In this document: positions 9,665 through 19,309 of the stretch, piece by piece
How the letters are laid out: every line of letters starts with the position of its first letter
Position numbering within the stretch: position 1 is the first letter of the stretch
Assembly: GCA_041556855.1 (NCBI GenBank)
Contig: JBFFHS010000006.1
Span: 819 to 64,818 of the forward strand
DNA from: Gammaproteobacteria bacterium
GTDB taxonomy: Bacteria; Pseudomonadota; Gammaproteobacteria; Steroidobacterales; JBFFHS01
Direction: 5' to 3'
Length of the DNA stretch: 64,000 nucleotides
Program-made: the position numbers and the translations under genes
Notes under the pieces: generated by a model
Databases searched by the model: none
Told to the model about the DNA's origin: nothing
What the model saw: only the letters and a program-made list of their open reading frames with translations

Positions 9665-10996
9665 ATGAAGATCGCTGCCGAGTCCCCGACTCTGGAAGCT
9701 ACCATTGTGGATCTGGCCCACGACGGTCGCGGGGTGGCCGACCTGGAGGGTAAACGGGTCTTCGTCGCGGACGCACTCCCCGGGGAGCGGGTCACGGTGC
9801 GGCGGGGCCGACGCCGGCGACGCGTTGAGGAAGCCCAGCTGGACACCGTGCTGACGGCTTCGCCGGACCGCGTCACGCCGCGCTGCGAGTACTTCGGCCG
9901 CTGCGGCGGCTGCGTGCTTCAGCACCTGGCGCCGACTGCCCAGCTCAAGGCAAAGGGCGCGCATGTGGCCCAAGTGCTGCAGCGCATCGGTGAGGTCAGC
10001 CCGGGACGCTGGCTGGATGCCGTGCCGGGCCCCTTATGGAACTACCGTCGGCGCGCTCGGCTGAGCGTGCGGTATGTGGCCGGAAAGGGCCGCGTTCTGG
10101 TCGGTTTTCGCGAACGGGGCAACTCATTCGTTGCTGATATGAGCCACTGCGCTGTGCTGGCTGAGCCGGTGGATCGGCTGGTAGGCCCCCTGGGACAGAT
10201 GATACTGGGCACCAGCTTGCGGGCGCGCCTGTCCCAGGTGGAAGTTGCCGTCGGCGAGGGTTCAACGGCGCTCGTGCTGCGGGTGCTGGACGAACCAAGC
10301 TCAGCAGATCTGGCCCGGTTCCACGCTTTCGCGAGGCAGCATGACGTGGATATTCTGCTGCAGCCCGGCGGTCCGGACAGCGTCATACCCCTGGACCCAG
10401 CCACGCTGCGACCGTTGTTCTATGAGCTGCCCGAGTTTGGGCTGCGGTTGGGTTTTGCGCCGCTGGACTTTGTTCAAGTGAATGGCCAGATCAACCGCGA
10501 GCTGGTGTCGCAGGTGCTGGCGCTGCTGCAGCCGACGCCCCAGGATAAGGTTCTGGATCTGTTTTGCGGGCTTGGCAACTTTGCCTTGCCCCTGGCGCGT
10601 CGTGCTGGCGAGGTGCTGGGAGTGGAGGGAATGGACAACCTGGTCCGGCGTGCCGACGACAACGCTGCGGCCAACGCCATCCACAATGCGCGCTTTGTTT
10701 GTGCCGATCTGACTCAGGCCGGTGCCGCGTTTGCCCGGGAGCACTGGGACCTCATGCTATTGGATCCGCCCCGCTCCGGTGCGGCCCAGGTGGTGGCCGA
10801 TATTCCGCGCATGGCGCCCCGTGCCATCGCCTATGTGTCCTGTCATCCTGCCACCCTGGCCCGCGATGCCCGCAGCCTGGTTCACGACTGCGGGTACCAG
10901 TTCACGGCCGCGGGCGTCCTGGATATGTTCCCCCATACCCACCACGTGGAAGTCATAGCCCTGTTCCACCACCCCTCGGCAACTCCTCACGGTTAG
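9665..10996 (+). CDS. rlmD: 23S rRNA (uracil-1939-C5) methyltransferase RlmD
   Basis: TRAM domain plus CEYFGRCGGCVLQHL Fe-S cluster cysteines, DLFCGLGNFALPLAR, DPPRSGA, YVSCHPATLARD. Confidence 0.93.
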   Translation: MKIAAESPTLEATIVDLAHDGRGVADLEGKRVFVADALPGERVTVRRGRRRRRVEEAQLDTVLTASPDRVTPRCEYFGRCGGCVLQHLAPTAQLKAKGAHVAQVLQRIGEVSPGRWLDAVPGPLWNYRRRARLSVRYVAGKGRVLVGFRERGNSFVADMSHCAVLAEPVDRLVGPLGQMILGTSLRARLSQVEVAVGEGSTALVLRVLDEPSSADLARFHAFARQHDVDILLQPGGPDSVIPLDPATLRPLFYELPEFGLRLGFAPLDFVQVNGQINRELVSQVLALLQPTPQDKVLDLFCGLGNFALPLARRAGEVLGVEGMDNLVRRADDNAAANAIHNARFVCADLTQAGAAFAREHWDLMLLDPPRSGAAQVVADIPRMAPRAIAYVSCHPATLARDARSLVHDCGYQFTAAGVLDMFPHTHHVEVIALFHHPSATPHG

Positions 10997-11082
10997 ATGA
11001 CCCCTGGCTGAGCACCACCTGGCTGCTTCAGTTCACAGGCTCATGCCTTGCCATACATTAAAGAGGTTCCCGGCGATGTCAG

Positions 11083-11619
11083 TTGGGGCGGGAGCTGACC
11101 GTGCCGGGTTATGATGCCCGGATGACGGCACAGGCCAACACCGGGACGCGCATTTTCGTCAGCCTGGAACGGCAGACGTTGACGTTGCAGGTGCCTGGGG
11201 GACGTGACCGGGAGTACCCTGTATCCACGGCGAGCGCTGGTGCTGGTGAGGAAGAGGGCAGCGGTTGCACGCCCCGCGGTGCTCATCAGGTGCGCGCCAA
11301 AATTGGCGCGGGACAGCCCCTGGGAACGGTGTTCCAGGCCCGGCGTCCCACGGGGGAGGTTTACACGCCCGACTTGGGCCGGGCTTTTCCCGACCGGGAT
11401 TGGATCCTGACGCGAATTCTGTGGCTGTCGGGCCTGGAGCCCGGGCGCAATCGATTGGGCAGGGTGGATAGCATGCGCCGCTTTATCTACATTCATGGCA
11501 CGCCTGACTCTGAACCAATGGGTGAACCCCGTTCCCATGGCTGTATTCGCATGACAAACCAGGACGTTGCCGATCTGTTCGATCGCGTTGCCGTGGGCAC
11601 GCGGGTCGACATCCAGTAG
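11083..11619 (+). CDS. L,D-transpeptidase (YkuD) family protein
   Basis: RFIYIHGTPDSEPMGEPRSHGCIRMTNQDVADLFD, canonical HxxxxxxxxxxxSHGCIRM active site. Confidence 0.85.
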   Translation: MGRELTVPGYDARMTAQANTGTRIFVSLERQTLTLQVPGGRDREYPVSTASAGAGEEEGSGCTPRGAHQVRAKIGAGQPLGTVFQARRPTGEVYTPDLGRAFPDRDWILTRILWLSGLEPGRNRLGRVDSMRRFIYIHGTPDSEPMGEPRSHGCIRMTNQDVADLFDRVAVGTRVDIQ

Positions 11620-11624
11620 CAGAC

Positions 11625-12668
11625 GTGTCTTTAGGGCCGCTAATGATCGACATCGCCGGGCTGAGCCTCGCGCCGGAGGAGCGGGAGTTGCTGGCTCATC
11701 CGCTGGTCGGCGGCGTGATTCTGTTTCGGCGCAATTTTGCGGACCCGGAACAGTTGAGTGCTCTGGTGGCCGAGATTCACGGGTTGCGCACGCCCGCACT
11801 GCTCGTGGCCGTGGATCAGGAGGGCGGCCGGGTGCAGCGCTTCGGCGAACCCTTCACGGTGTTGCCAGCCATGCGCGCGCTGGGGCATCAGTACGATGAG
11901 GACAGGGACGGCGCGTTGGCTACCGCCCGAGCTTTCGGGTGGTTGATGGCCGCCGAGCTGCGCGCGTGCGGCGTAGATCTGAGCTTTGCGCCTGTGGTGG
12001 ATGTCGACCATGGCATCTGCGAGGTCATTGGCGATCGGGCAGTGCATGAGCGCGCGACCGTGGTGGCGCGGCTGACTCGCCGCGTCATGGAAGGCATGGA
12101 TGCCGCCGGCATGGCGGCGACAGCAAAACATTTTCCCAGCCACGGCGGGGTAATTGCCGACTCCCACCTGGAAAGCGCCACCGATCGCCGCACTCTCGAG
12201 CAACTGGAAGAAGACTTAGAGCCCTATCGCCTTTTGATTGCCGCTGGTCTGCATGGGGTGATGATGGCCCATGTCATTTTCCCCGCGGTGGATCCCTTAC
12301 CCGCCAGTTTCTCCCGTTGGTGGATCGAGACCCAGCTGCGGGGTGAGCAGGGTTTTCTGGGGGCAGTGTTCTCTGACGATCTGTCCATGGTCGCGGCAAA
12401 AGCGCTGGGTGATCCGGTAGAGCGCAGCCGGGCAGCATTGGCCGCCGGCTGCGACATGATCCTGATCTGCAACGCGCCGGAAACGGTGCCACCGGTTGTA
12501 GAGGCGCTGAAGGGCTACTCCAATCCGCCGAGTCAGCTGCGGCTGATGCGACTGCGGGGGCGGGGCGAGCTGCACTGGGAGACGCTGCACCAGGATCGCC
12601 AGTGGCGCGTCGCCCACAGCACTGTCAGCCATCTGTTCGATCCCCCCAGCCTGAAACTGGAAGGCTAA
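11625..12668 (+). CDS. nagZ: Beta-N-acetylhexosaminidase NagZ
   Basis: VDQEGGRVQRFGEPFTVLPAM, AKHFPSHGGVIADSH; alternative start ATG 11643. Confidence 0.95.
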   Translation: MSLGPLMIDIAGLSLAPEERELLAHPLVGGVILFRRNFADPEQLSALVAEIHGLRTPALLVAVDQEGGRVQRFGEPFTVLPAMRALGHQYDEDRDGALATARAFGWLMAAELRACGVDLSFAPVVDVDHGICEVIGDRAVHERATVVARLTRRVMEGMDAAGMAATAKHFPSHGGVIADSHLESATDRRTLEQLEEDLEPYRLLIAAGLHGVMMAHVIFPAVDPLPASFSRWWIETQLRGEQGFLGAVFSDDLSMVAAKALGDPVERSRAALAAGCDMILICNAPETVPPVVEALKGYSNPPSQLRLMRLRGRGELHWETLHQDRQWRVAHSTVSHLFDPPSLKLEG

Positions 12669-12676
12669 GTGGTCTT

Positions 12677-13435
12677 GTGAGCGATGCCCTGGGTTTGATC
12701 GTGGGTAGCGGTTTCGACCGATTGGGTTTCTCCGTCGTGGATCGGCTCGCGGTTGTCACGCCTTATGGACCACCATCGGATGCGCTGCTGCGAGTGGTTA
12801 TCGGCGGCACCGAATTGTGGTGCCTGCCGCGCCATGGGCAGCGTCACCATCTGCCGCCCCACGCCGTCAATTATCGGGCCAACATATGGGCGCTGCGCCA
12901 GGCGGGCGTCGCCCGATGTGTGGCGCTGAACTGGGTGGGTACCATAGACCCCCGCTTCGAACCGGGCACCCTGGCCCTGCCCGATCAGTTGATCGACTAC
13001 ACAGCCGGTCGGGGTGGCACTTTTTTCGACGGGCTGAATGGGCGGGTGGAGCACGTGGACTTTACGACCCCCTTCAGTGAGGAGGTCCGCGCGCAACTGC
13101 TGAGCGCAGCCGCAAGCGCCGGCGTGGCCCTGCTGGACGGGGGCATCTATGGCGTGACCCAGGGGCCGCGCCTGGAGACGGCGGCCGAGGTTGACCGTTT
13201 GGCGCGTGATGGTTGCACCATGGTGGGCATGACGGCCATGCCGGAGGCCGTGCTTGCCCGCGAATTGGAGCTGGCCTACGGGCTGTGCGCCCTGGGCGTA
13301 AACCATGCGGCCGGCCGCTCCCCCACGGACGCTCCGATCCACGCCCAGCTGGAGGGCTTCTTTGCTCAGGGTCTGGAGCAGTTGCGGGCTCTGCTGGCCG
13401 CGCTGGCTGCGGCAGAACGTGACCGGCGTCCTTGA
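12677..13435 (+). CDS. S-methyl-5'-thioinosine phosphorylase / MTAP-like purine phosphorylase
   Basis: LPRHGQRHHLPPHAVNYRANIWALRQAGV..., QGPRLETAAEVDRLARDGCTMVGMTAMPEAVLARELEL; likely GTG start 12677; adjacent to nagZ. Confidence 0.85.
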   Translation: MSDALGLIVGSGFDRLGFSVVDRLAVVTPYGPPSDALLRVVIGGTELWCLPRHGQRHHLPPHAVNYRANIWALRQAGVARCVALNWVGTIDPRFEPGTLALPDQLIDYTAGRGGTFFDGLNGRVEHVDFTTPFSEEVRAQLLSAAASAGVALLDGGIYGVTQGPRLETAAEVDRLARDGCTMVGMTAMPEAVLARELELAYGLCALGVNHAAGRSPTDAPIHAQLEGFFAQGLEQLRALLAALAAAERDRRP

Positions 13436-13495
13436 CCGGAGCGCTGTCTGTACTCAGGATCGCTTGAACCTGATTCTGAGCTCAACGTTGACCTG

Positions 13496-14428
13496 ATGCC
13501 ACGCCTCAATCGCGCCATATTGGATAACATCGTCGCGCTCAGCGGCGAAGCGGTGCTGGTCGCTGACGTGCGCCAGACGGACACCCCCATCCTGTTCGCT
13601 AATCCCGCTTTCGCGGCGCTGGCGGGGGTGGAGCTTGACTCTGTGGCAGGCCGAGATTGGACGTTTTTCCTGGAACAGGCTGCCGCAGCAGATGAGCTGC
13701 GAGAGTTGGGCAATCAAGTTGTTGGCGGTACCGCGCGCCAGGCGGTGCTGGAGGGCACCCGCGAGGGCACGCGGTTTCAACTGACACTCCTGCCCTTGCC
13801 CGGCCGCCAGGGCAAGGTGAGCCACCTGCTGGTCCAGGTCAGCGAGACCGCGTTCCCGGAACCCGCATCGGCCGAAGTGAAGGTGGCCCTTCTGGAACGG
13901 GAGCTTGATCTGGCCCGGGAAGCCAACGACAAGTTGGCGCGCCGGGACCAGGACTCGGGATTGTTACGTTATAGCTATTTTCTGGAACTGGCCCAGCGGG
14001 ATTTTGCGTTGTGCAGCCGCCAGCGCCGTGAGCTGGCCGTGCTGACTTTTACCGTGCGCGAGTTCGACGTCTACCGGGAGACCTTCGGCGATAAGGCGGC
14101 TCAGTCGTGTCTACGCATGGTTGGCGGTCGCATCGCCGGCGCTTTGCGGCGGGCCAGTGATCTATGCGCGCGCCTGGACGAGGCGAGCTTTGTCGCGTTG
14201 GTCACAGGCCAAAATCAGGAACAGGTCGAGGCCTTCGCCGAAGAGATCGCTCAGCAGGTGCGCCGCCTGGCACTCCATCATCCCCGTGCCCATGGCGAGC
14301 GCTGCGTCACGTGCGCCGTGGGCGTGCAGGTCGGCGTGCCCACTGCGGCGGACTGTGCAGAATCGTTCGTGCTGGCTGCCCGAGGGACGCACCTGGACGC
14401 TGGCTACGTGGGCCAGTCCGCCGCCTAA
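13496..14428 (+). CDS. PAS domain protein with degenerate GGDEF domain
   Basis: PAS-like ILDNIVALSGEAVLVADVRQTDTPILFANPAFAALAG; GGDEF-fold C-terminal half but signature reads ARLDEASF. Confidence 0.75.
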   Translation: MPRLNRAILDNIVALSGEAVLVADVRQTDTPILFANPAFAALAGVELDSVAGRDWTFFLEQAAAADELRELGNQVVGGTARQAVLEGTREGTRFQLTLLPLPGRQGKVSHLLVQVSETAFPEPASAEVKVALLERELDLAREANDKLARRDQDSGLLRYSYFLELAQRDFALCSRQRRELAVLTFTVREFDVYRETFGDKAAQSCLRMVGGRIAGALRRASDLCARLDEASFVALVTGQNQEQVEAFAEEIAQQVRRLALHHPRAHGERCVTCAVGVQVGVPTAADCAESFVLAARGTHLDAGYVGQSAA

Positions 14429-15294
14429 CTGGACTGGTCGGTTGTGGTCGGCGGGGGCGGGCGCCGCTGCGGCAGGGTGGTCAGATCCAGTTCCGTGAGA
14501 TCCGGCAGCGGTTCCGGGGTGATCTGCACCAGAACACCGAAGGCAGGGTGATCGAAGAAGTGCAGCTCCCCACTGCGCAGGCGGCGCGCCTCGGCGATCT
14601 GAAAACGCGGTCCCCGCGTGTCCGCCGGCACGCTGGACCAGAGCGGCTCGGTGACGTTTTCAGGGGGACTTTCAGGCGGCAGGTACTCCAGATCGACCCG
14701 GATGTGTAAAAAACGGCTCCGATGCAAGGTGAGCGTGCCTGCCACGGGTGTGGTGCTGTCGATGATCGCGATGTCAAAGGGTTTGGCGCGTTCCTCGGGA
14801 TAGCCTTCTTGAACCCAACCGCCGTGGAACAAGGGAGTGTATGCAGATAGCCGTTCGAGGGTATCCCAGGCGTCATTCAAACTGAGGTTCTCCGCTGCCA
14901 GCAGTTCAAAGCGGAACTCGTCTTCAACGGCGTCCTCGCTCGTATCGGCCTCCGCATCGACCTCTGCATCGGCGTCCGGACCGACCGGCTCCGCCGGCAG
15001 CGCTGGTGGTGTCGGCTGTTCATCAGAATCGGTCATCGGGTCCGGCACGGGCTGTTGCCCTTCGGGGGGCAGCGGGTCGGCCAGCGGGTCGCTGCGCGGC
15101 GTAAAGCTCTCGGACGTGCTTGTGGCGCCGCCCTCGTTGCTGAACACCAGCAGTTCAACGTAGTAGCGGGGCAGCGTTTCAATCGGTTCGCTATCGCCCG
15201 CGGCCTGCTCTGGCGCCTGCTGAGCGCTGAGGGTCATGGCCCACAGAGCTGTAGCTAGGGCTAAGGAGAAACGCGGATCGGCAGGACCTTTCAT
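14425..15294 (-). CDS. CsiV family protein (peptidoglycan-binding / conserved exported protein upstream of mfd-type locus)
   Basis: MKGPADPRFSLALATALWAMTLSAQQ signal peptide; YYVELLVFSNEG, Pro/Glu-rich linker; located directly after mfd as in Pseudomonas-like synteny. Confidence 0.7.
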   Translation of the reverse strand: MKGPADPRFSLALATALWAMTLSAQQAPEQAAGDSEPIETLPRYYVELLVFSNEGGATSTSESFTPRSDPLADPLPPEGQQPVPDPMTDSDEQPTPPALPAEPVGPDADAEVDAEADTSEDAVEDEFRFELLAAENLSLNDAWDTLERLSAYTPLFHGGWVQEGYPEERAKPFDIAIIDSTTPVAGTLTLHRSRFLHIRVDLEYLPPESPPENVTEPLWSSVPADTRGPRFQIAEARRLRSGELHFFDHPAFGVLVQITPEPLPDLTELDLTTLPQRRPPPPTTTDQSS

Positions 15295-15308
15295 CGTCCC
15301 ATTGTAAG

Positions 15309-18300
15309 CTATGCGGCGCTGGCAGATGCAGCGGCAGGCGCCAGCCGGTCCAGTAGCTCGTTTAGGTTTGCTATGCGTTGGGCGGGGTCGTCCAGCTGCC
15401 AACGGATGCGCAGCTTGTACGGTCCGTCCAGCTGGTAAACTTCGGGCTCCTGCTCCACCAGGTCCACTAGCGCGATCGGGTCCAGGGCAGTTCGCTCGCC
15501 GAACTGTAAGAAGCCACCCTGAGCGCCGGCTTCGATCTTCTCCAAGCCAATTCCCTGGGCTTTGAGCTTCAGTCCCGTAATCGCAAAAAGGTTGCGAGTC
15601 GGCCTGGGGATCAGGCCGAACCGGTCAATGAGCTGGATCTGGATATCATGCAGTGCGCGCTTTGAATCCGCCGAGGCAATACGCTTGTACTGCACCAGGC
15701 GCATATGCACATCAGGCATGTAATCCTCGGGAATCAAGGCTGCGATCCCCAGGTTGATCTCCGGCCCATGATCCAACGGTGCAAGCAGAGCGGGTTCGTT
15801 GCCCGCTTTCAAGGCGCTCACGGCTCGCCCCAGCAACTCGTTGTAGAGCGTAAAGCCGATCTGCTGGATCTGGCCTGACTGTTCCTCGCCCAGAAGTTCT
15901 CCCGCACCCCGGATTTCCAGATCGTGGGTTGCCAGCGTAAAGCCTGCCCCCAGCGTTTCGAGGGCTTCAATCGCTTCCAGGCGCTTGACGGCGTCCGGCG
16001 TGAGCGCGTGCTTCGGCGGCGCGATCAGGTAAGCGTAGGCCTGATGGTGGGAGCGGCCGACTCGCCCCCTGAGTTGATGCAGCTGGGCCAGCCCAAAATG
16101 GTTGGCGCGGTTGATAATGATGGTATTGGCGCTGGGCACGTCGATGCCGCTCTCAATGATCGTGGTGCAGACCAAGACATCGAAACGCCGGTGATAGAAG
16201 TCCACCATCACCTTCTCCAAGTCGCGCTCCGACATCCGCCCGTGACCAATGCGCACGCTGGCTTCAGGCACCAGCTCGCCGACTTTGCGAGCCAGCTCAT
16301 CAATGTTTTCGATCTTGTCGTTGACCAGGTAAACCTGGCCGCCGCGCCGGATCTCCCGCAACAGTGCTTCCCGTATCAGGCCAAGATTCCAGTCCGTGAC
16401 AAAGGTCTTGACTGCCAGGCGCTCGGCCGGCGGCGTCGCGATCAGGGAGAGCTCGCGCAGTCCGCCCAGGGCCATGTTCAGGGTCCGCGGGATGGGCGTG
16501 GCCGTAAGGGTGAGCAGGTCCACATCGGCACGCAGCTTTTTCAGTGCTTCCTTGTGGCGTACGCCGAAACGGTGTTCCTCGTCGATAATCACCAGGCCGA
16601 GACGTCTGAACCTGACGCGGTTTTGCAGCAGCTTGTGGGTACCGATGACGATGTCTATCCGACCGTCCTGGATGCCGTCCAGCACCTGGCTGGTTTGTTT
16701 GCCAGTGCGAAAGCGGGAGAGCAGCTCGATCTCGACAGGCCAATCAGCGAAACGATCACGGAAGGTATTGAAATGCTGCTGAGCCAGCAGGGTAGTGGGC
16801 ACCAGAACGGCGACCTGGAAGCCGGCCTCAACGGCTAGGAACGCCGCCCGCAGGGCTACCTCCGTCTTGCCGAAGCCCACATCACCGCAGACTACCCGGT
16901 CCATGGGCGTTTCCTGGGACATGTCGCCGATAACTTGTTCAATGGCGTGCAGCTGATCATCGGTTTCCTCGAAGGGAAAACCGAGCCGGAAGCGGCTGTA
17001 AGCATCCTCGTCGATCACAAACCGGGTTCCCCGGCGGGCGGCCCGCCGAGCGTAGAGGTCAAGCAGCTCAGCAGCCACGTCGCGGATCTTCTCGGCGGCG
17101 CGCCGGCGCGCCTTGGCCCATTGATCGGTGCCCAGCTTGTGGAGCGGCGCGTGTTCCGGTGCAGCTCCCGTATAGCGCGAGATCAGGTGAAGGTTATGTA
17201 CGGGGACATAAAGCTTATCGCCGTCGGCATACTCTAACGTCAGAAATTCGGTGGCGACGCCGTCCACCTCCAGACTGCGCAGGCCCAGATAGCGCCCGAC
17301 ACCGTACTCTTCGTGAACAACAGGGGCACCGATCTCCAGGTCGGTCAGCTCGCGGATCACTGCGTCCGGTTCCCGATGGGCCCGGCGCCGGCGGCTGGTG
17401 CGAGCGCGGTCGGCGAACAGCTGGTGCTCGGTGATCAGACTGAGGGGCGGGTTTTCAAGCCGCAATCCTTCGGCCATGTTCCCCAGCGTGATCGCCAGCT
17501 CCTGGTCGGTACGGACGAAGTCGGCCCACCCTGTTATCAATGCAGGTTGCTGCGCCCGGCGGCTCAGCATGTCTCGGATCAGCTCCCGTCGGCCCGGGGT
17601 TTCAGCCACGATCAGCACGCGTCCGGCAGCAGCGGCCCCACTCAGTAGCCCATCTACGGCGCTGCCTTCACCCTGAGTGGTTCCAGTAGCACTGAGACGT
17701 TGGGGATAGCCGCTACCGAAGTTGCGGAATGGCCGGGATTCAGCTTTGCCGGTCACCTCTGCCCGCTGGACTGTGATGTGCCGAAAGGATTGCAGCGCCG
17801 TGTCCAGAGCAGCCGGCGCATGAAACGCAAGTTCGGGCGGCAGGCAGGGCCGGTGCCGGTCTACGCTGAGCTGCTCATAGCGCTCCTGTATGACGTTCCA
17901 GGTGCGCAGTCGGGCGGCGGCGGCATCCTCAGTGCTGATCACCACTGTGTCGGTTGGCAGGTAATCCAGCAGTGTCGCGCTGGTCGTGAAGAATAGCGGT
18001 AGAAAGTACTCGATGCCGGCCGGCATGCGGCCTTCGGACACTTCTCGATAGACGCTGCTTTTAGCTGGGTCTATGGGAAACTGGTGGCGGAAGTTTTCCC
18101 GAAACAGCCGGATCCCCGCCGCATCGGTGGGGAATTCCCGGGCGGGCAGAATCCGAAGCTCCTCGACGCGGTCGGTGGACAACTGAGTCTGAGCGTCGAA
18201 GATTCTCAGGCCCTCGATCTCGTCGTCAAACAGATCCACGCGCACGGGGTCCGAGCTACCGGCCGGGAACAGGTCCATCAGAGCGCCGCGCACGGCGAAC

Positions 18301-18815
18301 TCGCCGTGCTCGACCACTTTGGGGACCTGCACGTAGCCATGCCCGATCAATTGCCGGCGCATCTCGCTCAGATCGATGCGTTGCCCGACCGCCAATAGCA
18401 GGCTGCGGCTAACCACATAGTCGGGCGGCGGCAGACGATGGGTCAGGCTGTCGCCGTTGGCCACCAGGATCAGGGGCTGTCCCTGGCTGAGCCGATACAA
18501 AACAGCCAGCCGTTCGGCGACCAGTTCCGGGTGGGGAGAGAAAGGATCGTAGGGAAGCGTTTCGTAGTCGGGCAGCAGTGCCGCCGGGAGATCCGGCGCG
18601 AAAAAGCGAATTTCATGGGTGAGATCTTCCGCCTCGCGGGCTGATCCGGTGAGGATCAGCATATGATCCCCGCCGGCGCGGTAGGCCGAGGTGACAGCCA
18701 GCCCCCGGGCGCAGCCGTAGAGCTGTCCCCAGACAACATTCGGTTGCTCCCTCGAGGGCAGCAGAGGCGGTGGTAACAGTGAGCTCACGGTGGCCGGAAT
18801 CAGGCAAACGCCCAT
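15309..18815 (-). CDS. mfd: Transcription-repair coupling factor Mfd
   Basis: 1168 aa with UvrB-like N-terminus, VVHEEYGVGRYLG RID, VCGDVGFGKTEVALRAAF, LTATPIPRTLNMAL, RVGRSHHQAYAYLI. Confidence 0.97.
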   Translation of the reverse strand: MGVCLIPATVSSLLPPPLLPSREQPNVVWGQLYGCARGLAVTSAYRAGGDHMLILTGSAREAEDLTHEIRFFAPDLPAALLPDYETLPYDPFSPHPELVAERLAVLYRLSQGQPLILVANGDSLTHRLPPPDYVVSRSLLLAVGQRIDLSEMRRQLIGHGYVQVPKVVEHGEFAVRGALMDLFPAGSSDPVRVDLFDDEIEGLRIFDAQTQLSTDRVEELRILPAREFPTDAAGIRLFRENFRHQFPIDPAKSSVYREVSEGRMPAGIEYFLPLFFTTSATLLDYLPTDTVVISTEDAAAARLRTWNVIQERYEQLSVDRHRPCLPPELAFHAPAALDTALQSFRHITVQRAEVTGKAESRPFRNFGSGYPQRLSATGTTQGEGSAVDGLLSGAAAAGRVLIVAETPGRRELIRDMLSRRAQQPALITGWADFVRTDQELAITLGNMAEGLRLENPPLSLITEHQLFADRARTSRRRRAHREPDAVIRELTDLEIGAPVVHEEYGVGRYLGLRSLEVDGVATEFLTLEYADGDKLYVPVHNLHLISRYTGAAPEHAPLHKLGTDQWAKARRRAAEKIRDVAAELLDLYARRAARRGTRFVIDEDAYSRFRLGFPFEETDDQLHAIEQVIGDMSQETPMDRVVCGDVGFGKTEVALRAAFLAVEAGFQVAVLVPTTLLAQQHFNTFRDRFADWPVEIELLSRFRTGKQTSQVLDGIQDGRIDIVIGTHKLLQNRVRFRRLGLVIIDEEHRFGVRHKEALKKLRADVDLLTLTATPIPRTLNMALGGLRELSLIATPPAERLAVKTFVTDWNLGLIREALLREIRRGGQVYLVNDKIENIDELARKVGELVPEASVRIGHGRMSERDLEKVMVDFYHRRFDVLVCTTIIESGIDVPSANTIIINRANHFGLAQLHQLRGRVGRSHHQAYAYLIAPPKHALTPDAVKRLEAIEALETLGAGFTLATHDLEIRGAGELLGEEQSGQIQQIGFTLYNELLGRAVSALKAGNEPALLAPLDHGPEINLGIAALIPEDYMPDVHMRLVQYKRIASADSKRALHDIQIQLIDRFGLIPRPTRNLFAITGLKLKAQGIGLEKIEAGAQGGFLQFGERTALDPIALVDLVEQEPEVYQLDGPYKLRIRWQLDDPAQRIANLNELLDRLAPAAASASAA

Positions 18816-18881
18816 TATCCCACAGGCGAGTGACTCCTCACTGCAAGAGCCTGGGCCGGGTTGGGCAAGCCCGCGGTAACG

Positions 18882-19160
18882 CTAGCGCTTCTGAACGGCG
18901 TGGATAACGAGCCGATACTCGAAATACACCGTAAAATCCGCATACTCCCAGCGTGTAATGGGGGGTTCACCGACGGCGTTTGCTCGGGTGAGGGGCGCAC
19001 CGAAGCGAGCCTCCACACGGTCCATGCTCATGCCGCGGGTCGGGCGCGTGTCAGCGGTGTCGCGGTGGGTATCCAGCTCGTCGAGCAGCAGGGTGTCGGC
19101 GTGGCCAGCGGTGATGGCCGCCAGGCAGAGCGCGGCTAGGGTGGTTGTGAACAAACGCAT
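18882..19160 (-). CDS. Small exported hypothetical protein, possible BamE/SmpA-like fold
   Basis: MRLFTTTLAALCLAAITAGHA signal peptide then RGMSMDRVEARFGAPLTRANAVGEPPITRWEYADFTVYFEYRLVIHAVQKR. Confidence 0.6.
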   Translation of the reverse strand: MRLFTTTLAALCLAAITAGHADTLLLDELDTHRDTADTRPTRGMSMDRVEARFGAPLTRANAVGEPPITRWEYADFTVYFEYRLVIHAVQKR

Positions 19161-19285
19161 GAAGATCAGCCCCTCGTGCGGATGGACGGAATGTAACACT
19201 GGCCTGAGAGCCCGCAAATGTCCCTCTGTCCGGACTGAGGGCTGGTTCACAGTGTGTCTGCAAAGTCTAGATTTCAAAGTATATT

Positions 19286-19304
19286 ATCATTTTAACTAAA
19301 TGAT
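19286..19304. promoter_or_regulatory. Operator-like inverted repeat upstream of sfsA
   Basis: ATCATTT-TAACT-AAATGAT perfect 7-bp arms, nested inside ATTTCA(19271-19276)/TGAAAT(19311-19316). Confidence 0.45.
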
Positions 19305-19309
19305 TAGTA

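Noticed and set aside
12665-13342. 225-aa minus-strand ORF opposite the MTIP phosphorylase
   Set aside because: The plus-strand protein carries clear conserved purine phosphorylase motifs; the antisense frame does not.
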